Assembly: GCA_965231765.1 (NCBI GenBank)
Contig: OZ246887.1
Coordinates: 3,090,755-3,154,754 of the forward strand
Origin: Candidatus Binatia bacterium
GTDB taxonomy: Bacteria > Desulfobacterota > Binatia > Bin18
DNA length: 64,000 bases
Direction of reading: 5' to 3'
Under the pieces are notes generated by a model. That model was not told the DNA's origin. It did not search any database and was given only the letters and a program-made list of their open reading frames with translations. Each line of letters starts with the position of its first letter. The stretch's first letter is position 1. Shown here piece after piece: positions 43,230 to 51,412 of this stretch. Both the position numbers and the translations under genes were made by a program.

Positions 43230-43304
43230 AAGCGAGGGAAGATGAAGCGAGGGAAGATGAAGCGAGGGAAGATGAAGCGAGGGAAGATGAAGCGAGAGAA
43301 GATG
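43230..43304 (+). repeat. 15-bp tandem repeat x5 spanning RBS and start codon
   Basis: (AAGCGAGGGAAGATG)4 + AAGCGAGAGAAGATG. Confidence 0.9.
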
Positions 43305-44072
43305 AAGCGAGAATGTGCATTGAGTTTTCGGGACCAGTTCCGAGATGCCAGATACTACGCCTTGGAGGATGCTGAAGGATATCAGAAAATCCTGTTCGTC
43401 CTGGAACGCCTCGGCTCCTATCTCTCTGAAAGCCAAAAAGATCTAGGGCGGTACAAACCCTGTATCCGGCCGCTCGTCAAATGTCATCATCCTAATGGCG
43501 GACGCCCGCCCGAGGGTTATTCCCATTACTTCATGGATTTCGACACATTGTACGAGATGGTGAGGGAGGGCCGGAATGACGCACAGCATCAGGGAGCCGT
43601 CGCCCGAATTCTCACTTCCCATTCGGTACAGCTGAGCATTATCTTGGAGGACGCGTTGAGCAACGTTGAAGAACCCGAAAAGGACCGCAAAATAAAGGAC
43701 TATATGGTCCGCAATCCTGTTTGTGCTTACCTGTGGCAACCCATAGGATTCATCCGCCAGATTATGCTTGAGAACTCGTTCTCGTGTCTTCCCTTTCAAT
43801 GCGGAGATACTTGGTACGTTGTGTCTGATTGCGACATTGCGAGATACTTGGCGGATTGCAAGGGCGAGGACCGCAAGAAGAAATTAAACAAAACTCTTGA
43901 ATGCGTCAAGAAATCAGGAGAGATTACCCTTATGAAAAAGGCTGTCGTCTCACCGGACAAAACAGTCAGTGAGGCGCTAGAGAGAGTCAAGTGTCAGGGG
44001 TGGCCAATACTGGTGAAACGGGATGGATGTGAGGAACTGTTAGGCATAGTAGCTGCGTTCGACCTGATGTGA
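43242..44072 (+). CDS. Putative HEPN-like + CBS-pair protein
   Basis: Helical N-domain with RNDAQH (Rx4H); C-terminal IKDYMVRNPV...FSCLP...VSPDKTVSEAL...LLGIVAAFDL CBS pair. Confidence 0.65.
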   Translation: MKRGKMKRGKMKRGKMKREKMKRECALSFRDQFRDARYYALEDAEGYQKILFVLERLGSYLSESQKDLGRYKPCIRPLVKCHHPNGGRPPEGYSHYFMDFDTLYEMVREGRNDAQHQGAVARILTSHSVQLSIILEDALSNVEEPEKDRKIKDYMVRNPVCAYLWQPIGFIRQIMLENSFSCLPFQCGDTWYVVSDCDIARYLADCKGEDRKKKLNKTLECVKKSGEITLMKKAVVSPDKTVSEALERVKCQGWPILVKRDGCEELLGIVAAFDLM

Positions 44073-44131
44073 TTGAGACACATCAGTCGGTAGCGGTCAC
44101 TACGGTGACGCCCGCCTGACCCGCGTGGGTT

Positions 44132-44160
44132 GCGTCTGATAATGTGCTCTTATGTGAACC
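44132..44160 (+). other. dif-like (XerC/XerD) site 1
   Basis: GCGTCTGATAA-TGTGCTC-TTATGTGAACC; resembles GGTGCGCATAA-N6-TTATGTTAAAT but with a 7-bp core. Confidence 0.55.
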
Positions 44161-44330
44161 TCACGGGTTGATTTTATTGGGCTTGGGCTTGCCTAGCCGC
44201 CTGGCGGCTTCAACGATGGCGGCGGCTAGATCCGGAACACCGCCGCCTGAATAGAAACAAGCTGCCGCGACCCTGGACCCCCGCCCCAGCAGCAGATTTG
44301 ACACGGCTCTAGTGCTGAAACAACGTGAAC

Positions 44331-45539
44331 TCACGGCAGCAACGACAAGGCTCCCTCAAGAGACGCTTTCCCGCTATGCGTGATATCTATGACTTCTTGC
44401 AGAACCTTCCCGGTTTCCCTTCTTGATCGAACTAAAGCAGCCGACATTTTCGGGAGCCCGCGGACGGCGTCACGGGAGTCTTCCATACCCGCAAGCATGC
44501 CGTCCATCGCCTCCAACAATATGCCTATGTTCCCTTTCAGTTCCTCTCTGTCTTCGTTTCTGTCTTCGTTGAGTTCAAGATAGATTGGAACGGCTTTTGC
44601 GAACGCGTCCAATCCCCTATCAAGATGTTGCCGGTACAATGGCAACTCAGATTTCAATCGAGCTGCAAATTTGTCCATGTCACTAGATGTGTTTTTAAAC
44701 ATACGCTTCGCGGTCGCTCGGATCTTTTGCCTTTCTTGGACGCTGATATTTTTCTTATCGCCGCCATTTCCTTGAAGGAACTGTAATTGTTGTGTCCGTT
44801 CGTCGGTGCTTTGAGCAATATCCACCATGGCCTCGCTTATCCTGCTCAGAACAGCACCTAACGCCGTCATCTCTTCTTCGAATACTTCCTCCAAGTCCAG
44901 AATGCCCTCGTCTAACTCGTCGGTCGCCTGGCCGTCGTCGCCACCAGTGCTCGGCTCGGAAACGCCGCCGACTTCGATGCCGTCAGCTTGTCCGCCTTTC
45001 TCGCCACCCTCCTGCCAATCAAGCACGTGTTTTGTGAGGTGCATCCGTACTTGGTTCGCGAAATCATCAGCCGTCGCGAATTCCCCATACAGCCCTGCTT
45101 CTCTCACTCGTGACTGGAAATTGACGACGCGTTTGTATTGATCGGGGTCGATTTCTGCCAGCGACAACGGGGCAGCGGTTTTGAAGTAGAGCATGAGCCG
45201 AACACTATTCGGGTCTTCGTCATAGCGTCTCTTCGCCAACTCGAACTCTTCAATCGTGCCGGATTCAGCTCGTTTGGTGGGACTACCGATGGTGTGCCAC
45301 AAAATACCGATGAAAATGTCACAAGGCGGTATCTGCTCGTTTATGACTGTCTGAGCATCCTTGTTGCCGAGCTCGGGAGACGTGTCTCGCTCCCATCTGA
45401 GTGACTCAAGGCGGACGCCCGTTCGGCGGGCATGTGTCGAGTTGATTTCTTGAATGATAGCGTCAAGGCGGTCGCGTTCTTCGGATACGTCGCTAGGCGA
45501 TGCCACGAAGACTGAGATAATGATTTCTTTTCTCGGCAC
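44331..45539 (-). CDS. DUF4062 (TIR/NDT-like) domain protein with helical C-terminus
   Basis: SVFVASPSDVSEER, CDIFIGILW, SGTIEEFELA, MLYFK. Confidence 0.8.
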   Translation of the reverse strand: MPRKEIIISVFVASPSDVSEERDRLDAIIQEINSTHARRTGVRLESLRWERDTSPELGNKDAQTVINEQIPPCDIFIGILWHTIGSPTKRAESGTIEEFELAKRRYDEDPNSVRLMLYFKTAAPLSLAEIDPDQYKRVVNFQSRVREAGLYGEFATADDFANQVRMHLTKHVLDWQEGGEKGGQADGIEVGGVSEPSTGGDDGQATDELDEGILDLEEVFEEEMTALGAVLSRISEAMVDIAQSTDERTQQLQFLQGNGGDKKNISVQERQKIRATAKRMFKNTSSDMDKFAARLKSELPLYRQHLDRGLDAFAKAVPIYLELNEDRNEDREELKGNIGILLEAMDGMLAGMEDSRDAVRGLPKMSAALVRSRRETGKVLQEVIDITHSGKASLEGALSLLP

Positions 45540-45768
45540 AAGAGTAGTCCTTTCTCATGTGGAACACCATACCTGCTGGCAGCCCCATAAGGCAAAAGAC
45601 GAGCAATGGCAGACCAACATCATCAACTATTTCAGGCCAAAAAATTCCCCAAACCGGCAGAATTGAACTAAGACCGGGTAAGGCCCCGGCAGGAAGGCCG
45701 GAAGGCCCGGCAGGAAAAGGGAAACCAGGGCCGCAGAGATCAACTCGTCAGAACGACCTGTGCGTGTT

Positions 45769-45797
45769 GCGTCTGATAATTACGTATTGTGTCAACT
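45769..45797 (+). other. dif-like (XerC/XerD) site 2
   Basis: GCGTCTGATAA-TTACGTA-TTGTGTCAACT; left arm identical to site 1. Confidence 0.55.
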
Positions 45798-45893
45798 TTG
45801 CCGCGCAATCATCGGCTTGCCCCGGTTCTGGAAAAGCAGGTCCAAGGCTTCGGATACAAGCTCCTGCATCGTCCGATCTTCCTCCACGGCTAT
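45792..45893 (-). pseudogene. Ribbon-helix-helix (ParG-like) C-terminal fragment
   Basis: IAVEEDRTMQELVSEALDLLFQNRGKPMIARQS*; no intact 5' end. Confidence 0.55.
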
Positions 45894-46380
45894 TCCCTAA
45901 TGAAAATTTTTCGTACCTCCCCCTATTTCTTTTCCCTAGACAAAATAGACCGATACTCCCCAGCAATCAATTTCGCGGCCGGGTCTATCTCGTTTACTCG
46001 CTCAACAATTTTCGGGACAGGTAGACTCTCTACCTTCTCAGTCCTGACAATATTAAGAATATATCTGTCTCGCCTTCGCCGATCTTCTTTCATCATTTAC
46101 TCGCCCTCCTTATCTCTCTACGTTTAATTGGACCATCTCCAGCTCTTGCCTATTCTTCTGTATCTCCTGCTGCACCATATCGCGCAGTGCGTCCCTCTGA
46201 TTCCGCCAGGAGCATAAAACGCTGCCACTCTTGCGGATCAGCTTTGAAATTAACAAGTCTGTGTTTTCCCATATTTTCAGCCTCCTTACTCTGCACAGAA
46301 CAAGTAAATATGCCTTCTTTATTTTTCAACTGGACTTTTTCGCGGTTGCTAGGTGAGGATTTCCCGCTGGCCGACGGTGC

Positions 46381-48264
46381 TCATGTCTCTTCCCCTTGGT
46401 TACTTTTTTGGTCGGTCTGACGTGCGGCATTCCAGAAGGTGTTGAAGACCAGCTTCAACCCAAGCCACCACGCATAGATCGCGTAGACGGACTGACATGC
46501 TACGTCATCAAGCAGACCGTGTGCGAGATTATTCCGAAGATTTGGCCCGGAAGGATCGCAAAAGAGCGCCTTGATCTCAAAGCTTAGATTCTCGCCGAAT
46601 ATCTTTTCGGTTTCTGGAAGGTTCATAAGCGAACTCAGCCAGTTCTCGGTCTCTATCCCATTACTGTCCAGGGTCGTGGTTTTTCCGCCTGCCTGCTTCA
46701 GGTGGACGCGCACCATGTGTTCAATCTGTGGCACCAGGAGATGGAGGGCCGTGATAAAATCGCGGTCATACCCGGCGAACAATGCTTTGCCGAAGAGGAG
46801 TTCTCGCTCTATAGGCACGATGGGAGACTGCCTGGCAAGATTAACGAAATCGGCTTCCCGTAAGCGATGTTCCAGAACTAGAATATCGTGTGCAGGCAGA
46901 ATGAGCCCCTCGACGACAAGACCGACGTGAAGGCTGTAATTGCGAATCATCTCGTAGTAGATGCGGGTCTCATCGTCCTTAGAGGGTGTGTCGCTGGGGC
47001 TCATTCCTGGCCGTTTGGCAATAACGCGGCCGTCGCTGTTCATAACCGTTGTGGGAAACGATGCGTGAAACGTGTGGGTTTGCAGTAGCTCCGTTGCCGT
47101 TTCACGGAGTTCTTCAGTGTTTGCGCCAGGATGAAGGTTGGCAAATTCCTCCAATGCTTCAAATGGCTCTTTGTCTCTGACTGCATTACGGGCGTCTTCG
47201 GCGATTTGGCTGATATCTACACTAGGAGGACTGATGGTGTGCCAATTCAGCTCATCCAACGATTTCTTTCTGGATTCGTTGAGACGAGCCCACAGATCAG
47301 CAATTCGCTCCTCTCCCCGATGTTTCTCCCGTTCTGCTCGTGGAATGGTACGGTAGGTCTGGATGGCTTCTTCATAGCGGTGCCCAGCCACCGTATCTTG
47401 CCCTAATGCGGTTCTGACATCAGCCTCTCTCTCCAAGCTTCCGACCACCTTGGCCTTAATTTCTGCTGGCTTCGTGCGGTTATTGGCTGCCATATACCAA
47501 CCAGACGCAGCTTCCCATAGATCCCGCACATCGCAGGGTCGCCAATCGCCATCAACCGCATCGGCGATAGATTCGAGTCCCTGCGCCAACTCCAGTGCAT
47601 AGCTTCTTCCCAGTTTGGTGTCCTTGAGCAAGTCTGCCAAATCAAGAGCAAGTATCTTCTTCTTCTGAGTGGCGGCATGAAAGGATTCAATGATTTTTGT
47701 CTCCATTTCCTTCAGACGATCACCGGCCCCTCTTCCTAGCATGCGCGCCAACTTTATGGCGCGTTCCCAGCAATCCCTCCTCGCACCATGCTCCCAAATT
47801 TTCCCGTCCAAAGGGATCGCTTGATAGGCATCTATCGCTTCAAGAGCGAAGCACACTTTTCGTATCCTGAGCCAGACCAGATCAGCCAACCGCGCTTTCA
47901 GCCACGGATCGTCAATTGTCTCGACGATCTCCACGAAGAAGGCGATATCGGCTTCAGACAAGTCGTCAGGGATGACCGAGCGTCCACGGCCACTGGGACG
48001 AAAATCCGCGACAGGTTTGAAAGGCTCATTGGCGCTGTTGGGCGAGAGCAGCATCGAACAGGCATCGGCTAGTAACTCTAGGACCTTGCCGTGCGTTTGA
48101 CGACCTTCACCGAGGGCTTGCTTCGCGGCGTCAGAGAAGGCTGAAGACACCAAGCAACGATCTTTATCCTTTGCGTCTTCCAGTACTTCCTTCCATCCAC
48201 AGCAAGCAAAGTCATCCACCGTCAGCACCATATCTTTGGGGTAACGCTCAGGAGGCCTGGTCAT
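46381..48264 (-). CDS. DUF4209-domain (HEPN-like) protein
   Basis: WLKARLADLVW N-domain; ALHLLVPQIE, GPNLRNNLAHGLL (Rx4H). Confidence 0.8.
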   Translation of the reverse strand: MTRPPERYPKDMVLTVDDFACCGWKEVLEDAKDKDRCLVSSAFSDAAKQALGEGRQTHGKVLELLADACSMLLSPNSANEPFKPVADFRPSGRGRSVIPDDLSEADIAFFVEIVETIDDPWLKARLADLVWLRIRKVCFALEAIDAYQAIPLDGKIWEHGARRDCWERAIKLARMLGRGAGDRLKEMETKIIESFHAATQKKKILALDLADLLKDTKLGRSYALELAQGLESIADAVDGDWRPCDVRDLWEAASGWYMAANNRTKPAEIKAKVVGSLEREADVRTALGQDTVAGHRYEEAIQTYRTIPRAEREKHRGEERIADLWARLNESRKKSLDELNWHTISPPSVDISQIAEDARNAVRDKEPFEALEEFANLHPGANTEELRETATELLQTHTFHASFPTTVMNSDGRVIAKRPGMSPSDTPSKDDETRIYYEMIRNYSLHVGLVVEGLILPAHDILVLEHRLREADFVNLARQSPIVPIERELLFGKALFAGYDRDFITALHLLVPQIEHMVRVHLKQAGGKTTTLDSNGIETENWLSSLMNLPETEKIFGENLSFEIKALFCDPSGPNLRNNLAHGLLDDVACQSVYAIYAWWLGLKLVFNTFWNAARQTDQKSNQGEET

Positions 48265-48565
48265 TTCCTTCCCGAACGCTTACCAGCGAGAACTGGAGCT
48301 TGACGCCACACGCGGCAGCCACTTTCGCGAGCGTGTCCAGCCGGGGATGGCGCCGGCCAGACAGGGCGCGAGATAGCGCGACCCGATCCAGCTTGGCGTG
48401 CCGTGCCAGCGCGGACACACCGCCTTGCGCTGCGGCGACGTTACGCAAGGCTTTCATGAGCAAGCGCGGGTCCTCCCCCATGTCCTCAATCGCCGCGTTC
48501 AGATAGGCCGCGACGTCTTCCGGGGTGGTGAGATAGTCACTCGCCTGATGGGTTTTGACGGGCAT
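48248..48565 (-). CDS. Addiction-module antidote protein (HI1420-like HTH)
   Basis: YLTTPEDVAAYL, ALRNVAAAQG, LSRALS...PRLDTL. Confidence 0.88.
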   Translation of the reverse strand: MPVKTHQASDYLTTPEDVAAYLNAAIEDMGEDPRLLMKALRNVAAAQGGVSALARHAKLDRVALSRALSGRRHPRLDTLAKVAAACGVKLQFSLVSVREGNDQAS

Positions 48566-48884
48566 GTCGTCTCTCCTGTTTGTACGCCTGCCAACTGGCC
48601 TGGGCGGTGGCAATGTCGCGGGCCTGGCGGTCTTTCGTTCCCCCGCCCAACAGAATCACCAGGGTGTTCCCCTCGCGGCCGTAATACAGCCGGTAGCCCG
48701 GGCCGAAGGCGATTCGTAGTTCGGAGACCCCGGCGCCGACGCTTTTGTGATCCCCAAAGTTCCCCAGCTCCATGCGGTCGATGCGTGTTTGGGTGCGGGC
48801 GCGGACCTGTGGCGATTGGGTCCGAAACCACGCGTCAAAGGAGTCCGTGCCGTCTTCGGAAACGTAGTGGACGACCCGAACCAT
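48537..48884 (-). CDS. RelE/ParE-family killer protein (HI1419-like)
   Basis: RMELGNFGDHKSVGAGVSELRIAFGPGYRLYY, LLGGGTK...QARDI. Confidence 0.9.
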   Translation of the reverse strand: MVRVVHYVSEDGTDSFDAWFRTQSPQVRARTQTRIDRMELGNFGDHKSVGAGVSELRIAFGPGYRLYYGREGNTLVILLGGGTKDRQARDIATAQASWQAYKQERRHARQNPSGE

Positions 48885-48888
48885 AGGA

Positions 48889-48914
48889 AGACTGTAGCCT
48901 AGTGGCTACAGTCT
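48889..48914. promoter_or_regulatory. Palindromic operator of the TA operon
   Basis: AGACTGTAGCC-TAGT-GGCTACAGTCT immediately upstream of the toxin start. Confidence 0.7.
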
Positions 48915-49243
48915 ATCAAGCATGAGTGCTCCTGCCCCCACAAAGCTGTGGCCGCCCTCAAGACAAGCGAGGGGGGGCCGTGAGTGCCACGGCCAGCGCT
49001 GTCAACGCATAACATGGAAGCTCACTAAGAGATTAGCTCATCTTCGCTCCATCGAAGAACTGGTGCCGTGGGTCAATGCCGTGCTCTTAGGGAGAGAATG
49101 ATGGCGGAGGCACGCCCGAAGGGGAAAGCGAAAAGGCGAGTCACCAGTTTCGGTACTTGTTGAACAATGCGTGGGCCGCGTCGTTGATACGGGTTCCGAC
49201 GTTGCTATCTGTACCGCCAGCGACCAGGAGGAGAATACTCGTG

Positions 49244-51043
49244 TTAGGGCGTCTTCGATCCCCCCTTCTTCTTTGCCGATGGCTTGCGCTTCTTGCCGAA
49301 GTATTTTGACGCCTGGTTGATTGCCCACACCCTCTGCGTCGTAGGCAAGGGGTTGCGGGCAGCAAGACGCCCGACCCTGTCCAAGGTCTTGATGATAGGC
49401 CGGCTCTCGATTTGACGCCTAGCCGCCGAGGACATCATATTGCGGACCAGAATCCCGCTCAGTTTGACCTTTGGGATGTCATAACTAGTTTTTTGCTGGT
49501 AGAGCTGTTTCAGCGCGGAGCCGGGATCTTTCTGGCTCTTGACACCTGTTACGTCGTGCACGGTGAACGTGGCCTCGCTTTGTGCCAACTCATTCAGCGC
49601 CGTGGCGATCTCGGTACAGGAAAAATTGTCGAACTCGAACGAGTCCTTCCAGACCCGGATGTACTCCGGCCGAGTCACGTATTGCCGGCCGCTGTGAATT
49701 GACTCCGCCTCCTTGGCCGCCTCCTTGAGACGGTCTGCGTAGTTCTCGTTGTCGAGAACAAGAAACGTGAATGTCTGGTGGTGATGCAGATAATCGACCA
49801 GCCGAAGAATCGCACGGAAGCGGTCCTGTTTCTTGTTGCCGGTGGCATTGTTAACGCCGCCTAGCACGACAATCTCGATGCCATAAATACCGGGATGGGC
49901 ACCGTAATACTCCTTAAAAATCTGCGTTACGGCTACCTCCTCACTTTGCCCCTCGACGATGAGCACGAGCTTGGGCTGGGGATTGATGCCGAAACGGTTG
50001 GCGACAAATTCGAGATAACGGCGCACATCGCGGCGGACTTCCATTTCCGGAAAATGATTGATGATGGTCCCGGTGACTTCGTTGGGAAGCGGCAATTCCT
50101 CCTCATATAGATCCTTGTGCAGAAACCGGAGCATGTACGCGCCCGCGCGAATAGTCTCCGCTCGTAGAGCATCGCCTTTCAGTCTTTCTCGCTCACGGAG
50201 GGAGATGAACTGCGTCAGCTGATACCAGTGCTCAAGAGGATCACAGTGGGCCTGGACGAACGCGAGACCTTCGTAGACATGGCGCAGCTTTTCTGGTGTC
50301 AGGCCGTAGAGCCTTGCTGTTTTCTTGGGGTCCCAACGTTGCGCCTCCTGCTCCCAGTCCCAATTCTGAGCACGCACAATAATCCAGCGGTCAGAGGAAG
50401 ACCCACGTCGTATCTGCCTGGTTCGCTTATCGCCCTGGGTCTGTGGGAAATAGCGATTTGAAATGTGCTGGCACAGCAATGCGACAGCACGACGGTACTC
50501 GTGGTCGAGCAAACCCGCCGCACACTGCTCCGCATATTCCATGTGATGCGTGCCTTGTTTTTGCCAGTCAATCGGTCTGCTATCGTCCCGGTCAAGATAA
50601 CCATCAAGCTGCACATGAAGCGTTAGCTCCGTCAGCACGAGCTGGAGGTGGTCAATCTGAAAGATAGAATAGTATCCTTCCTGCGTCTGGTCCGTGTGTG
50701 CAGGCACTTCATAGTCCTGAGGAACGCACGTTGTATCGTACGCCTATCTTTTAGTGAACCAGTTGTTTCCTGGACGGACCGGAATGTAGAACGGCACCGC
50801 TTCGCTTGGTGGTGTCCGCACCCGGAAAACCGGGCCAAACAATCCAAGCCGTTCCAAGCGGACGAGACGCTCCCGATTGATCTGGAGGCCGCGATCCGAA
50901 CAAAACTTGACAAAGCGGTCGGTTCCCCGCAATGGACACGCGAGCACCGCGTCACTCTCAACTATGGCCCGCCCAGCTCTGGCCGGGATAGTCAGCAATT
51001 CCTTAGAGCCGGTCGTCTTGTTCTTGGCTGGAGCTTTTGCCAT
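49244..51043 (-). pseudogene. ~600-codon protein with C-terminal OLD-like TOPRIM domain, interrupted by one in-frame TAG
   Basis: ORFs 50744..51043 and 49244..50707 are in frame (WFTKR*AYDTT); VLIVEGQSEE, IVVLGGV, FLVLDNE. Confidence 0.7.
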
Positions 51044-51349
51044 CTCTGGAGTCCTTACCGGAGGATATCTGGGATCTCGGCAGAGGGGAAGCTGTTGCCT
51101 CTACCATAGCTCCCTCCCCCTTCGCCCCGTCCGCTTGCCTGTCCATCATAAACGCTGTTATGACTGATGGTGCAGAAGGAGGATATGGCGATGCAATCGG
51201 TCACACCAGCCCTGCCGGGCGGGGCGATCCGGGCTCGGATTGCAGCCCGGATGACGCCCGCGCTCTCTTTTTATTCCTTCCTGCCTTGCTCATTCCAGAG
51301 TAGCAAAAAGAATCCAAAGTCAAGGGGAAAGTCGGGCGGTCCGGCTACC

Positions 51350-51412
51350 GTAGATCTGCTTAGCGAAGCGTAAGCCGACATCCCCAGAACGCATCGCAAC
51401 CATTCACGGCTC
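51350..51412 (+). repeat. Junction 3: REP + leader of the resident res gene
   Basis: GTAGATCTGCTTAGCGAAGCGTAAGCCGACATCC...CCATTCACGGCTC before ATG 51413. Confidence 0.85.

Noticed and set aside
44132-44160. This site as the chromosomal dif
   Set aside because: Too near oriC (if the window is contiguous), present in two copies, and has a 7-bp core
50744-50746. In-frame TAG as pyrrolysine or genetic-code reassignment
   Set aside because: TAG ends many ordinary genes here (e.g. speE, gyrB, pspA), no pyl context; a TGG>TAG nonsense change is simpler
39799-51412. REP hairpins as integron attC sites or CRISPR repeats
   Set aside because: No RYYYAAC/GTTRRRY ends, no integron integrase in the window, and spacing is kilobases; the GTAG head fits a REP
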